A DNA stretch of 64,000 bases from the human T2T-CHM13v2.0 reference genome, Homo sapiens. The DNA lies in the NCBI RefSeq assembly GCF_009914755.1, contig NC_060947.1. One strand, 5' to 3'. Positions 47,340-64,000 of this stretch are shown one piece after another. Made by a program: the position numbers and the translations under genes. Below the pieces are notes generated by a model, which saw only the letters and a program-made list of their open reading frames with translations, made no database searches and was not told the DNA's origin. Positions within the stretch are counted from its first letter, which is position 1. Each line of letters opens with the position of its first letter.

Positions 47340-47470
47340 GGCCGGGTACAGTGGATTACTCCTGTAATGCTAGCACTTGGGGCTGCCGAGGCAGGTAGAT
47401 CGCTTGAGCTCAGGAGTTCGAGACTAGCCCAGACAACACGGCAAGACCCTTGTCTCTTAAAAAAAAAACA
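47340..47470 (+). mobile_element. FLAM-type Alu monomer
   Basis: Left arm; GTTATAG on both flanks. Confidence 0.85.
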
Positions 47471-47815
47471 CAATAAAAAGTTATAGTGTAACAGATCATT
47501 TTTGCAGGCACTGTCTCCAAGTGAAAAAAGGCCCCTATTATAGACCTATTAAAGGCAAAATACCTTCAGGATAGGCCACTCTAAAGCTAGCATGTGCTAG
47601 AGCAAATCTGTGACAAATCCTGGCTTTTTCTTCAAGACCATTTCTCTGCTTTCCTACTTGGGTCTAAGCCCTCGTTGCTTTGGGAATGCACTTGAGCTCA
47701 GTCCTTCCAGCCTTTTCTGCCTTCCTGCTGGTTCCCAAGACACTCTGCACCAGATCATCTTTGCCATGGTGTTTCGCTGCCTTTCCCATATGCCATACAA
47801 AATCATCCATAAATT

Positions 47816-48210
<395 letters not shown>

Positions 48211-48580
48211 CCAATCCATCCATTTATGTCACTGGCGATGTATGAGGTTAAGCCCGGCCTCCTTAGGCTCTCCTTGAACTAACCTCATCTGACTAGCGTG
48301 AGCTGTTTGGTGGTTCCTTCTCCCCCAGGAAACTCCCATCCACAGTAAGAAGTACATTTCACACAGAAACACAAGACCCACATACACATATATGTGACCA
48401 AAATGTGACATGATGCTCATGAACTTATCCTTCCCCTTGCCATGGGCTCATTCTATAATTTTCTGGGCTATCCACTTCCATTTCATGCTTTCAGTGCTAG
48501 TCACTACCCACTCAACTGAATGCACAACCAACTAATTTTTGAGATACGCACCTCAGCAATTTAAAAAGCTTTGGTCTAGA

Positions 48581-48796
48581 CCAGTGGCCCTCAGCCAGCA
48601 GGGATTTTACCCCACAAGGGATATTAGGCAATGTCTGCAGACTTTTTGAGTTGTCTCAAACAGGTGCGGGGGGTGCTCCTGACATCCCATGGGTGGAGGC
48701 CAGGAATGCTGGTCAACCCCCTACCGTGCACAGGACGGCCCCACCACAGAGCATGCTCCAGTCCCAAATGTTCACGGTGCTGACATGGAGAAACTG
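48581..48796 (+). mobile_element. MER20 hAT MITE
   Basis: GGCAATGTCTGCAGAC, GGTGGAGGCCAGGAATGCTG, TGCACAGGACGGCCCC. Confidence 0.85.
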
Positions 48797-48804
48797 TCGT
48801 CTCA

Positions 48805-49585
<781 letters not shown>

Positions 49586-49679
49586 TTATGTGGAGCGGTG
49601 TTGGTCCTATCCCTTGGTCACTGCCTCCTGCACAGCTAATCCCGCTTACCCCACATCTAAACCATGTGTCCTGTGATGC

Positions 49680-49815
49680 TCCAGTCTGGCCGCACATTGG
49701 GGGCACTCTGGGAGCTTCAAACACTCCCACCACCCAGGTCCCACTGGCAGAGACTGGGGTTTCATTGGTCTGGGGTGTGGCCTGCACATCCAAATTCTTG
49801 AAAGCTGCCTGGCAG
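49680..49815. mobile_element. MER5A-like MITE
   Basis: ATTGGTCTGGGGTGTGGCCTG motif. Confidence 0.55.
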
Positions 49816-50114
49816 CTTTCAATTTTTTTGCCTTTTTGTACTGGCAAGGTTGGAGCTTCGTGATACACTCCTTCCAACACTCCCAAGGCAGGGCTGCATG
49901 CCTCCACTTTGCTCCCATTGTGAACTTTCTCAGACTGCACATTCCTCTGTATTTTATGATAGAGACAAACCCACAATCGCCTTTTGGGAGGCATGCTCCT
50001 ATAAGTTAATATTCTGAATTCTGGTTCATGGAAGCTTCTCCTGGGGAAGAAATAATGCTAGATTATTGCTGGGGAATGGAACTGAATAACACTTCTAAAA
50101 ATAGAATCGTTTAT

Positions 50115-50327
50115 GTAAGTCAATCCCGGCACCATTGGCATTTGGGACTGGATAATTCTGTTGTAGGGGGCTGCTCTGTGCATTGTAAGATGTTTGGCAA
50201 CATCCCTGGTCTCCATCACTGGATGCCAGGCGCGCCCCGCATTGTGACAACCAAAATTGTCTCCAGACATTGCCAAATGTCCCCTGGGATGGGAGGAGCA
50301 AAATTGCCCCCAGTTGAGAATTACTGA
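50115..50327 (-). mobile_element. MER20 hAT MITE
   Basis: GTGACAACCAAAATTGTCTCCAGACATTGCCAAATGTCCCCTG. Confidence 0.88.
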
Positions 50328-51178
50328 CTTAAGAGTATACAGAAATGTATTTCTGCTTTGCTGATTTTTAACTACATGAAAATACATATATATATTGTCA
50401 AAATATTTTCCAACCAATTATGTAATACCAAGTGTGCTGTGTTTTGTTGAGGTGGGAGAAAGAACCATACCTATTCACTGAGGTTACATGGATAACTGCT
50501 TTAGAAGATCCATTGGTACACTGAGTTCTGCAAGGAAATAAAACATTTCTAAATTTAAAAAAAAAGAAGAAGAAGACCCATCGTAAGACTAACTGGAAAA
50601 AAGACACGATTCCATTCGCAGCAGAGCATGGTAATGAGCTCAATGAAATTAGCAAAGACCAGGGATCTGGCCAGTCCTTGTTCCCGCTGCTGGCTGCCGA
50701 CCAGTCCCTGGGGCACCTCCTGAGTGCCATTCTGCCTTCTCACTACACGTTCCTGTCTTTGGGGGAATCATGGGATCTCTCCCCTTGCTGAAGTTGTCCC
50801 TTCAAACACCTGGAGAGTAGCCTGCCTATGAGGAACAAGACGTGGCAGTTTGGGGACAGTGTGTCACTTCTACATTACAGAGAGCTGTTGCGCATGATTC
50901 CATCCAACTGCTTGTCACTGCACAGAGCTGCACTGGGGAAACAAATAATGCATAACTATTTTTAAAAAATAAACAGAGCATCCACGGGTTTTTAAAATGT
51001 AATCTGCAACATTTATAGAACTATGTTAGGAATTATAAACTATGTTAGGTGAGCAATTGGCCATCTGAATGCTTTCCCTGTGAATTGTTTGTGGGGGAAT
51101 GAGTCATCCTTTTCCCCTTTCTTGGACCTGCATCCATTATCCTGCAGTGGAGCGATGTGTTCATATATGACTTACACA

Positions 51179-51864
51179 TGGGACCAGCTGCATGATTTGT
51201 GGGGCGCAGTGCAAAATGTAAATTTGGGGTCCTTTGTTCAAAAGCAGAAAAGAAAGATTTTTCCTTCCCTCCTCCCCAGTCGTTCTGGACCTGTCATGGT
51301 GTTTTTTCACTTATTCTTATTATTGTTAGAGACAGGTTCTTGCTTTGTGGCCCAGGCTAGAATACAATGACACAATCATAGGTCACTGCAGGCTTGACAT
51401 CCTGGGCTCAAGCAATCCTCCCGCCTCAGCCTCCCAAGTAGCTGGAACTAGAGGCACACACTCCTGCGCCTGGCTTTTGCTTTTTACTCTTAATGCAGCA
51501 CCTCTTTGGGCATAGGGATACTCGGAGGGCCAATGTGGACTCTCACAGGCTCCCGGGGTCCCACCCACGACTTGGCAGGTGGGGCACATGCCTGCTGACC
51601 TGAACCTCTCCGCGCCTGCCAGAAGGCAGAGAGTAGCCACATCATTGGGTGGGGGCAGGGAAGTGGAGCACAGAGAGTCCATCCTGGGAGGCAGGGAGGT
51701 GGCACCTCCAAGCCCTGGGCTCATGCTCCACTGTCCTGTCAGACCGTCGCTTTCAAAATACAAACTCAAAGACAACATGATGAGGCATTGCAATATGGAG
51801 GTTGCAGAACATTAAACCAGTCCATGTGGGACTGAACTGTCACAAGGCAGCAAAGCTGGCCCTG
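51179..51864 (-). mobile_element. MER45(B)-like hAT element interrupted by an Alu monomer (51319-51474)
   Basis: Ends GGACCAGCT...TTTGTGGGGCGCAGTGCAAAATG and AAGCTGGCCCTG resemble MER45 termini. Confidence 0.65.
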
Positions 51865-52394
51865 CTTACACATAAAATACTAGCTAATCTCTATATAATC
51901 AGGGAAAGGTTACATTAGAATGTTTTCCAAATCACAAGGATGATACTATAACCAGCTACCCAAAACATTCATACTTTTAGGTTAAAATTTACATTTTAGT
52001 CTCCTTGACGTCTGGGTATTTGGAAAAAAAGAAAAAAAATTAACGTTTTAGGCACTTCCATTTTTCTCGAGAGCCAAAATTTTCCTTTTGTTTTCATTAT
52101 TAATGTCTATACAACGAAAACATGCATCGTACATTTTTAAAATCGACTTTCCTTTTGCTGTTTTTGCCATACATTTCCTGACTGGTTTGTAAAACAGCCA
52201 AAAAGAACTGAGGAGTGGTAGCTTATGCTATGACCAAAAAATATACATTTCACAAAATTAAGTTGTCCCACGCTTGAAAATAAAATAAAATCACTTGCCA
52301 GTGACTTTGAATGTGGCTAAGCAGTGTGGCTTGCCAATTATGAGGTGTGAAGATAAAGGACTGTCACGCTAAACTTGTCTTCTTTCATTTGATG

Positions 52395-52557
52395 TCAGTT
52401 TCTCAGAGTAGGGACCTTGAACCACCTGTACTGAACTTGGAACCACCTCAACCTGCCCAGCTCCATGGATCCCAGCTCCAGGGTGAGATCTTAGGTGACT
52501 GCCTTTGTAACACGCATCACAGGTGGCTGAAACACACCCACAGTTTGAGACCCACTG
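52395..52557. mobile_element. MER5-like MITE
   Basis: CAGTTTCTCA ... AGTTTGAGACCCACTG termini. Confidence 0.5.
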
Positions 52558-52586
52558 TCTGGTCTAACATCACTCTGTCCTCGGAG

Positions 52587-52892
<306 letters not shown>

Positions 52893-54582
52893 TGTACCCG
52901 GAAATTGAGAACAACACAAGCCCCTCCCAGAAACACTACACATCCTCTCTTGTTGTGGCTGCTGAACTTACTCTGACACATTCCTTGGCTGAAATACCAG
53001 CAAGCCACAGACACACCTTGCCTAAAGGCGTCCACAACACCACTGATGCAAGCAGTCGCACAGCAAAATTTTGCGGCCACAGGGATCCACCTGCTGGCCC
53101 ACAACTCACATCTCTGGCCGCATTGGGTTCCAAGTGCGCTCAGGAGTTAATCACACACCCTTTCTTCTTGGCTTCTCTCCTCTCCTGAGGCAGGTATTAC
53201 AAATACAAACACCCATTTCCTTCTCTGTGTTTATGCTTTCTTGGCACAATTCCTACTTGAAAGGTAGGAACAAAAATTCAAAATGCAAATACCCTCAGCT
53301 CAGGAATCACATTCTTATCTTTTCTTAGGAGATGACTTGTTTTTAACTTTAAAAAATCCTCAACATAAAAAAATGGTTTTTGTTACATTCTTGAGACAGA
53401 AATCTGCTAACTTGGCAAATTTTTTTTAAACTTATTCCTTTCATTATGGTCACACACACCTTTCTTTTCTAGGGGCAGCAGTAATTTGCATTAGACACAA
53501 CGCACACTTGCTTTCATTTCTCAGTGTCTAAAATACCATCTTCTTGTCACTTCTCTTTATCAAGCCATGCACCTAACAATGACTTGTTCGCTTCAGGAGA
53601 CTCAGGAAAAGGAGCTGCTGGTCCTTGTTTTATCTGCACATTTCTTGAAGGATCCCATCCAGCAAAACCTGGCCTGCCTTCCCTGGAATTTTAATTTTGC
53701 CCCAGATTGTGTGTTGGTTTTATTATTTAAACAAATTTTAAATTACAGGAGTACAAGGAGCCCTAGAAGCAAAAGAAACTATTCAGATGACTGCTTAGAA
53801 GCTTTCGTAAATTCTGCAAGGTGGTGATAACTGTCGATGACTCGGCAGGTTTTTCGGAGAAATGTACAGGAAGCGAAACCCACTGCGTGTCTAACGGGTC
53901 CAGTATGTCATTGTGCAACGTCCCACAGGCCTTCAATGTCCTCAGAGCTATTTTGTGACCTACACACTGCATGGAGATGCCCCACCGGCTTTGATTGCAC
54001 CCTCTAGCAAAAGAGATTTCCCTGCAGCTTGAATGGGGCAAAGCAAGTTCTTTGAAACAACAACCAAAAAGATGCGGGTTGGGGAGAAAAGCTTGGCTCT
54101 TTCCCCAGACTCTCTGGATAGCGCAGCTTTCCTTTTTTCTATCCTCCTGGCTTTTTGTTCTCCATCATTACTCTGAGTCAGCAAGGAAGAAATGGCAAGG
54201 GACTCCGGAAAAACATGTGTGATAGGGTGCCTGAGCAAAAGGCAACATTTCATCAGTTCTTTTTATGAATCAGTCTTTGATTTGGGGATGTACTGTCCAA
54301 AGTGAAAGACTCCTTGGAGATTTGCCTGGTAAGAGAGAGACATGTGGTAAACCAATTCAAGGTCAGGCAGATCGGGCTTGGGTTGCATAGGTTTTTGTAG
54401 CCCAGCCCCCCAGGCTCTCCACTCACCCTACAGCACGCATTAGCTGCGTGTCTCTTTGCATAGAGTCGCTTTTCATAAGGATCCTAAGGTGCAGGGGAGC
54501 AGCAGCCAAGGACAGCTGCCCAAAGTAGCCTGCTTCCAGGACTGCAAAGAAATGGAAAGAGCAGCATGAAAGGACCCAGTCA

Positions 54583-54909
<327 letters not shown>

Positions 54910-55016
54910 GAAAGGACCCAGTCACACCAACTAACCCATCGATGTCCAACAGGGGGCTACGCTTGGTTACAAAACACATACCTGCATGTTGAGAACCATA
55001 CAAATAGAAGTGTGTG

Positions 55017-55318
55017 GGCCAGGCACAATGGCTCACGCCTATAATCCCAGCACTTTGGGGGGCCTAGGCGGGCAGATCACCTGAGGTCAGGAGTTCGAGA
55101 CCAGCCTGGCCAACATGGCAAAATCCCGTCTCTACTAAAAATACAAAAATTAGCCAGGCATGGTGGCAGGTGCCTGTAATCCCAGCTCCTCCGGAGGCTA
55201 AGGCAGGAGAATAGCTTCAACCCGGGAGGCAGAGGTTGCAGTGAGCCAAGTTCGCACCACTACACTCCAGCCTGGGCGACAGAGCGAGTCTCGTTCTCCA
55301 AACAAACAAACAAAAAAC
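55017..55318 (+). mobile_element. AluSx-type SINE
   Basis: TSD CAA(A/T)TAGAAGTGT; (CAAA)n tail. Confidence 0.94.
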
Positions 55319-56111
55319 AATTAGAAGTGTCTGTGCAATACTAGCTAATATTCTGCCTGCATTTCCAGCCCTGCTGACTCTTGTACAGGACCTAAGGTCA
55401 ACAGTTCTTGGGCTCTGAGGAACTTTGCTTCTCTTTCTGGCCTCAGCTCCACAGGCTCCATGAACCCAGGTCTAGGGATCTAGTTCACTCAAAGGGACTA
55501 CGAAATCAAGCTAAGCCACTCAGTATTCTTATCGTATCCTCCTCCAAAAGCAACAAGATGTATGCTCAAGAAATAAGAAGACTCTAGCAAGCAGACCAGA
55601 GTGTGTCTGGCATAACTCTTTTTGGAATAAAGTAAGCGCCTTCTAATTAATGGTATTGCTCCTGTAGGTTTTCAAGTTTTATTTAATTGAATAACCACTT
55701 ATGTGGCGAAGCTCTATGCTAGCATTGAGAGAAGAGAGACAGGGATCCTACCATTGAGTGGGTGGCTTTGTAAAAGGATCTGCAGTCAGTGAGAGGAATT
55801 TACAAACAGCCAGAGCATTCACAAAGCAAAGGAAGAAGTTTACAAATATCGGTATCTACGTAGGTGAGACCACAGCGGCTCAAGATCCCTTTGCATCGGG
55901 GGTTGGTCAGGGCTTCAGGGGAATCCTTTGGAATCTCATCTCATTAAGGGGTGCTCAGAGCTCTGCCCCAGACGTCCTGAGATCCAGTTCTTGAGGAAGT
56001 CGTCCATCGGTGCCCAGGCAAGACAGGTAAGGATGGGAGGTCATGCGTGTGGAGTGCCATGACCGGGCCACGAAGTGCAGCAGCTGTGTAAGGGGGTGAT
56101 CCACGGCTAGG

Positions 56112-56674
56112 CGAGCTTCACAGTCATCCTCGGATATGCACAGAGTGGTCAAAGTCTTTGAAGTTGCTCAACATGCATGTTCCCAGCTGAGGTCAAACGA
56201 GGAGACCCTCTGCCTTCCTGTTTCAGCTCTCATTGCTGTAAACCAGTGTCTTTTTCACAGCCTACCTCGTGCCATGTTTTTTGCATGTTTGTACTTCTAA
56301 CTAATTATTTCACTTATTAAAATGGTTCCCAAGTGTAGAGCTGAAGTCCTGTCTTCTGTTCCTAAAACAAGTAGGCTGTGATGTGCCTCACAGAGAAAAT
56401 ACACATTTGACAGCTATTATTCACGTATGAGTTACAGTGCCGTTGGCCGTGAGTTCAACCTTAATGGATCAATAACATATATTAAATGAGGTGTCTTCAG
56501 CAGAAGACACACAAAACAAGATTGTGTATTGATCCGTTGACAAAAATGTTTGACAAGAGGCTCCAAGACCCCGACCTGTGTGTTTCTCCTAGGAGCAGAA
56601 GTTTAGTATTTGCTAATTTGGTGCGCCTGGAGGCTGTAGAGAACACCGCTACTTTGAATAATGAGAATTGACGG
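56112..56674 (+). mobile_element. MER82 TcMar-Tigger element, 5' end missing
   Basis: TTCCCAGCTGAGGTC, GGCTGTGATGTGCC, GTTGGCCGTGAGTTCAA; 3' TIR GAATAATGAGAATTGACGG then TA. Confidence 0.8.
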
Positions 56675-56929
56675 TATTTGTTAAACGAATTAAAGGAAGT
56701 GTGTCAGAAGAGGGATGAGGAAAATGTTCTGGGTGTTCAGAGACCACTTCCAATGGGGGGAACCAGGGAGAGCCCACTGGAGGGGACACGTGTGAGCTGC
56801 GTCTTGCAGAGTGGGTCAGACATGGATAAATATTGGTCATGTACGCCCTGAACGGTGGAATGGCATGAGCACAATCCCGATGTGGGAAACCTTGACACTT
56901 GTACATAGAGCTTGCCCCAAGCTCAGACC

Positions 56930-57120
56930 CTTTGAGTCTCGATGGCAGTTCTATGACTCACAGGATGTGTGACCTTGAGGAAGTCACTCAGCTTCCGGTG
57001 AAGTGGGGTTAACAATATCACCTATCTCATGAGGTTGCTATAAGTAACAAAATAGATTACATCTTAACCAAGAGCCTGGTTGGTGCATTGTTAAACGTTC
57101 AAAACCATTCAGTTATTTCT
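56930..57120 (+). mobile_element. MIR SINE
   Basis: TGTGTGACCTTGAGGAAGTCACT...CACCTATCTCATGAGGTTG. Confidence 0.7.
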
Positions 57121-58250
57121 GTTGTCATTATTCTATTACCAGGTCACTGCATATTTCCATTTGGCTCAATCATAAGGAGTTCGAGGAAAAATTGTGGGAA
57201 ATAGGGCTGTAAATACGGGATGAAGTCAAGTCCCAGCGGACCTTGGAGTCTAGGTTAAGAAACTGAGGGCTTTTTTTACACCATAGCTCTGGACAGCAAG
57301 AGTGGGTTTTTGTAAAGAGACAGACATGATAGAGTTGTGTTCTAGCCTGAAGCTGACAGTGAGAACAGATGGGGAGAAGTGCTGACGGGACTGAGGGACA
57401 AAGGAGAAGAGGGCCCAGGAGGCGTGAGGGCTCCAGGATAAAGGGGAAAGGAGGACATCAACTCAAAAGAGGCAGAAGGGCGTGCAGGGCGCTGGCGGTG
57501 TTCTGCGTCTTCACCTGGTGCCGCTTCCAGGGAAGCATTCAGTTTATGAGATCTGGGGAGCTGTTGACTTATCAATAGTGTGCTTTTCTGTATGTAGATG
57601 GACTTTGGTGAATCTGGTAAAAAGTGATGGAAAGGTTTCAGGCAGGATGATGAGTTAGAGGAGGGAGCGATTTAAGTAAACAAGATGGAAGAGGGACAGA
57701 GTTGGGTGGGGACGACACTGAGTTCGGTTGCAGCAAGTTGAGTGGGTTTGGATGGAAAGCTGATGGCCCCATGCTGGGAAGAGGTACCATGTCAAAGCCA
57801 CCATCTCAGAATCAAGAATCTGGAGGTAGGGTTATAATTCCCATGGTTCTTAAGTGAAGCACGAAAAGGAAGGGAAGGAAGAAGGAAGGAAGGAAAAACT
57901 GGCCTTATTAGGTAGTAAAACTCAGGAAATTCAATGACAGCCGGGCCAGCATTCCTGTCTTCTCACATATGAAGAAATACAGGTTTCTGTGTCCTGTATA
58001 AATCTGGTTCCCAGTTTTTCCTATGAAACAGGGATGTACCGCAGCCTGACTAAAATTCTAATGGAATGCCAAGAAGTTTTGCCAGTGTCTTAGCTTTTAC
58101 TGGTAACCACCAACTGTCCAGGAAGGGAGAAATAGATGTCCAAAAAGAAGCTTTTAAATGTCTTCATTCTTCCTCTGTTAGTCAGACTTATTTCACTTTG
58201 GGAATTAGGCTAAAGTGGAAGTGGAAGGTGAAAGTAAAAAAGCAAATTCT

Positions 58251-58610
<360 letters not shown>

Positions 58611-59278
58611 TTAAGCAAGTGATCAGAGATGGCAACTGTGTCTGGTGTCCTGGTCTTAGTTAACCTGTGTGTACTCATTAAATAGCAGGGGGTATATGGG
58701 GCGCTTATTTCAATGAAAACAATTACACATGCACATTTTGTCTGTTCAGCATTAATGATTCCCTGTTGGCAGAGCTGCACACTGGGTGCTTCTTGGGCTT
58801 CAAAGCAAGCTTATTAAATAGAAATGACTGTCAAGTCTTGTAATTTGGGTAACTGCCAAACAGACCACGGATGAAGGCAGAAAAAGAAGAAAATAAAGAC
58901 TGATTACCTGCAGCACTTCTTGTTTCCACTACCAGAAAAATTACTCTGGAGGCCCCAGTGCTTATCTGCTTTCCCCATACAGCTTCCACGAGGGAAGGCC
59001 TCCTGCGTACCCAAGTGGGACCATCTGAGCTTCTCTCTAAGCCTGAACATTGTTTCTAAGCTACCTCCAGGGTACCAAGGCCAGGAGGAAGGGTTAATTA
59101 GGGCAAATAAATTCAGAGGAAGCGCTCTATGTGCATTATCGCCCTTATTCTAGAGCCGAAGGAGTTTGTGAATCTACCCAACTTCCCACCATACCGTTTG
59201 GGGATCTGTATTTGATTTTCATAGTCTCACTAAAAAAAAGATAGCATTCCCCATAAACTCAAAAAATAGTTACAAATA

Positions 59279-60158
59279 CAGGTTGAAGCTAGGCACGGTG
59301 GTGCACACCTGTGATCCCAGTGATTCGGGCGGCTGAGGCAGGAGGATCACTTGAATCCAGGAGTTCAAGGCTGTGGTTAGCTATGATCGTGCCACTGCAC
59401 CCCAGCCTGGGTGACACAGTGAGACTCTGTCTCTAACAATATAAAATAAAGTAAAATACAGGTTGAGAAACCCTAACCCAAAAATCCAAAATCTGAGATG
59501 CTCCAAAATCCAAAGCTTTTGGAGTGCAAACACGATGCCACAAGTGGGAAATTTCATTCCTAACCTCATGGGAGGGGTCACAGTTAAAATGTGGTTAAGA
59601 CTTTGTTTTATGCACGAAATTATTAAAAATATTATATAGGCTGTGTGTGGTGGCTCACTCTGGTAATCCCAACACTTTGGGAGGCCTAGGCGGGAGGATC
59701 ACTTGAACCCAGAAGTGCAAGGTCAGCCTGGGCAACAACAGTGAGATCCTGTTTCTACAAAAAATTGTTTAAAAATTAGCTGGGTATGGTGGCTCGTGCC
59801 TATAGTCTCAGCTAACTGGGAGGCTGAGGTGGGAAGATCACTTCAGCCCAGGAGGTTGAAGCTGCAGTAAGCTATGATCGCATCACTGCACTCCCGAGTG
59901 GGAGACAGAGTGAGACCCTGTCTCAAAAATATATCTATTATTTTTATGCCATATAAAAAATATACATATGGTATAAAATTCCCTTCAAGGTCTGTGTATA
60001 AGGTGTATATGAAACAGAAATGAGTTTCATGTTGAGACTTGGGTCCCATCCCCAAGATATCTCATATGTACATGAAAATATTCCAAAATCCAAAAAAGAA
60101 ATCTGAAACATGAAACACTTGTGGGCCGTAGCATTTTGGATTAGGGACACTCAACCTG
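59279..60158 (+). mobile_element. Tigger4 (MER46)-family element with two Alu insertions (59288-59453; 59639-59930)
   Basis: TA-CAGGTTGAG...CCCT and AGGGACACTCAACCTG-TA terminal repeats. Confidence 0.85.
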
Positions 60159-60934
60159 TACTCTATATCCTTAATGAGCCGGAATACGTCTCAATCAAAA
60201 TTGTTTTCCAAAGTCTGATTCCAAGAAAGAAGTCACTGTTGATGAAGATGGGTGGGACTTAATCAAAAATGCAACTTCCAGAGTGCATCTTGGGGCCATT
60301 ACATAGAAATCACCCTTAAAGTACAGCAGAGGGCTTGTTAGCCCAGCTGAACGCTGGTCCCAGGGTAATGCAGGATCCCTGTCCAAGGAAGATTCAATTA
60401 GGCCCAGTACGCCTAACTCACTGCAGGAGGGAGGACGACTGAACTTTTTTTTTTAGAGTGTTGCAACAAGGCAGTATCTAAGACAAGGCAGTATCTAAGA
60501 GTCTTTTGATGAAACTCGGAAGCCAGAAAATTAACTTTAATTCCACAATCCACCCCCCAAGGTTTAACTGTGTTTTAAAACCTAAAACTGTGTCTTTGTC
60601 ATGTGAAAGATGGATCTGACTAAAAACTAAACAAGTAAGAAAAAATATAAATAAAATATTCCAAATTGTATTTAACAAGAATTATCATTTGATGAACAGG
60701 AAGTCAACAGTCTCCTGCAATTTCTGTTCACCCTCCTGTGAATGGGCCACCCTCGACCTGGCAGACTAGGATCTGGTTTGTGTCTGTGGGTGTGAAACCA
60801 GTTGGTTTGGGGGCTCTGAATGGGCATCAGTTGCCAACATGCCTAACAGATATAATGGCCTTTGAGCCATGGACTCTTTACTTGGCCATTGACACCAACA
60901 CGTGGATCTGTTTATTGCAGAGCTGCTCACAGAG

Positions 60935-61885
<951 letters not shown>

Positions 61886-62228
61886 CTACCAGGTTTCTCG
61901 GATCCCTGCCTCTAACTCTGATCCTCAGGGTTGGGACTTCCTCACAAGACTGGTTGGAGCACGCACTCAGTTTTCTTCTAGTTCCTCTCCTGTGGGGTCT
62001 CCAAAGGGAGGATATTCTCCAGCAAATAGCCCAGGAACTCAGAACCTTGCCAACAAGCCCCTTCCACCCACAATCAAGGCAAAAGAATTCAATGACCACC
62101 GTGGAGTCTTTCTTCCCTTATCCTAAGGAGGACATAGCAAAGGAATCTGCAAGTTGGCCAACGGACCCACCAAATTTCGCTTCTCATTCTGTCATCATTG
62201 CCTTGAGCAACTCTCTTTATTTCAGCTA

Positions 62229-63010
<782 letters not shown>

Positions 63011-63034
63011 GTATTTATTCAAAGAGAAGCAGGA

Positions 63035-63369
<335 letters not shown>

Positions 63370-63644
63370 AGAAGCAGGGCCAGTGAGGACCTGTGGTCAG
63401 AGAAGTTTCCAGAGAAGAGAGGAGACCTGAGAGTGACTTTGAAGTATAAGCAGCACACAAGTCCTCAGATGTTTCAGAGAATATGAAAGCAGTGAAATTC
63501 CTGGCTCAAGAGGCTTCTAATCTCGTATCAAGCTGGCTGTTGGCTGATGCCAGTCAGAGAAATTAAAACTCCTCCAGTTACCAATCCACCCTCCTCCTTG
63601 CCAGCTGGATTCCCCAGACACGCCTGATTTCTGCCTTCTTCCCG

Positions 63645-64000
63645 CTATCATTTATTCAGCAAGCACTTACCGAGCTTCTGCTTTCTGCCAGAGCCCGAGC
63701 TTGGCACAGGGAGTATAAGCCTGAACCAAAATGATGGGCTCCTGGAAGCCCTGCAGCTTGCGGCCTGGAGGGAGGACAGGCCCACAGAAGTCACACGGAC
63801 GCGATCCAGGGAGAGAGAGGAACGGCGGGAAGGCGGCCTATGCACATTGTGTGGTTTGGGAAGTTGCCTCTCTAAGAGGAAGGAATATTAAAGCTGGAAC
63901 GTGAAGGATGAAAGGAAATCTGCCAAGCATAGCAAGAGGGGAAGGACATGCTCAAGAGATGGAAATCACACGCAAAGGCCCTGAGGCAGGGAGGAGCTGA
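63645..64000 (-). mobile_element. L2 3' fragment
   Basis: CATTTATTCAGCAAGCACTTACCGAGC antisense L2 tail; AAAGGCCCTGAGGCAGG. Confidence 0.7.

Overview
Primate (most likely human) genomic DNA, dominated by repeats. It holds about 50 Alu/FLAM/FRAM elements (J, S and Y types, many with readable target-site duplications, TSDs), MaLR LTRs, hAT and Tigger DNA-transposon fossils, MIR/L1/L2 fragments and simple repeats. No long ORF in the track is a credible protein; the conspicuous ones are Alu- or low-complexity artefacts. The unique sequence suggests the 5' end of a minus-strand spliced gene that I cannot name: a GC-box/CpG promoter near 43.8 kb, a ~580-bp purine/pyrimidine tract, a 126-nt uORF-containing exon (42910-43035), a ~39.7-kb intron and a 22-nt microexon (3229-3250) with a second donor 170 nt upstream of it. 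The most unusual sequence-level observations are a 15-nt insertion in an Alu copied from 1.6 kb away, a CTCF motif inside an old L1, and a splice-created stop/start overlap at the microexon. I see no support for a new multi-gene system. Repeat subfamily names are from recalled consensus sequences and boundaries are approximate.
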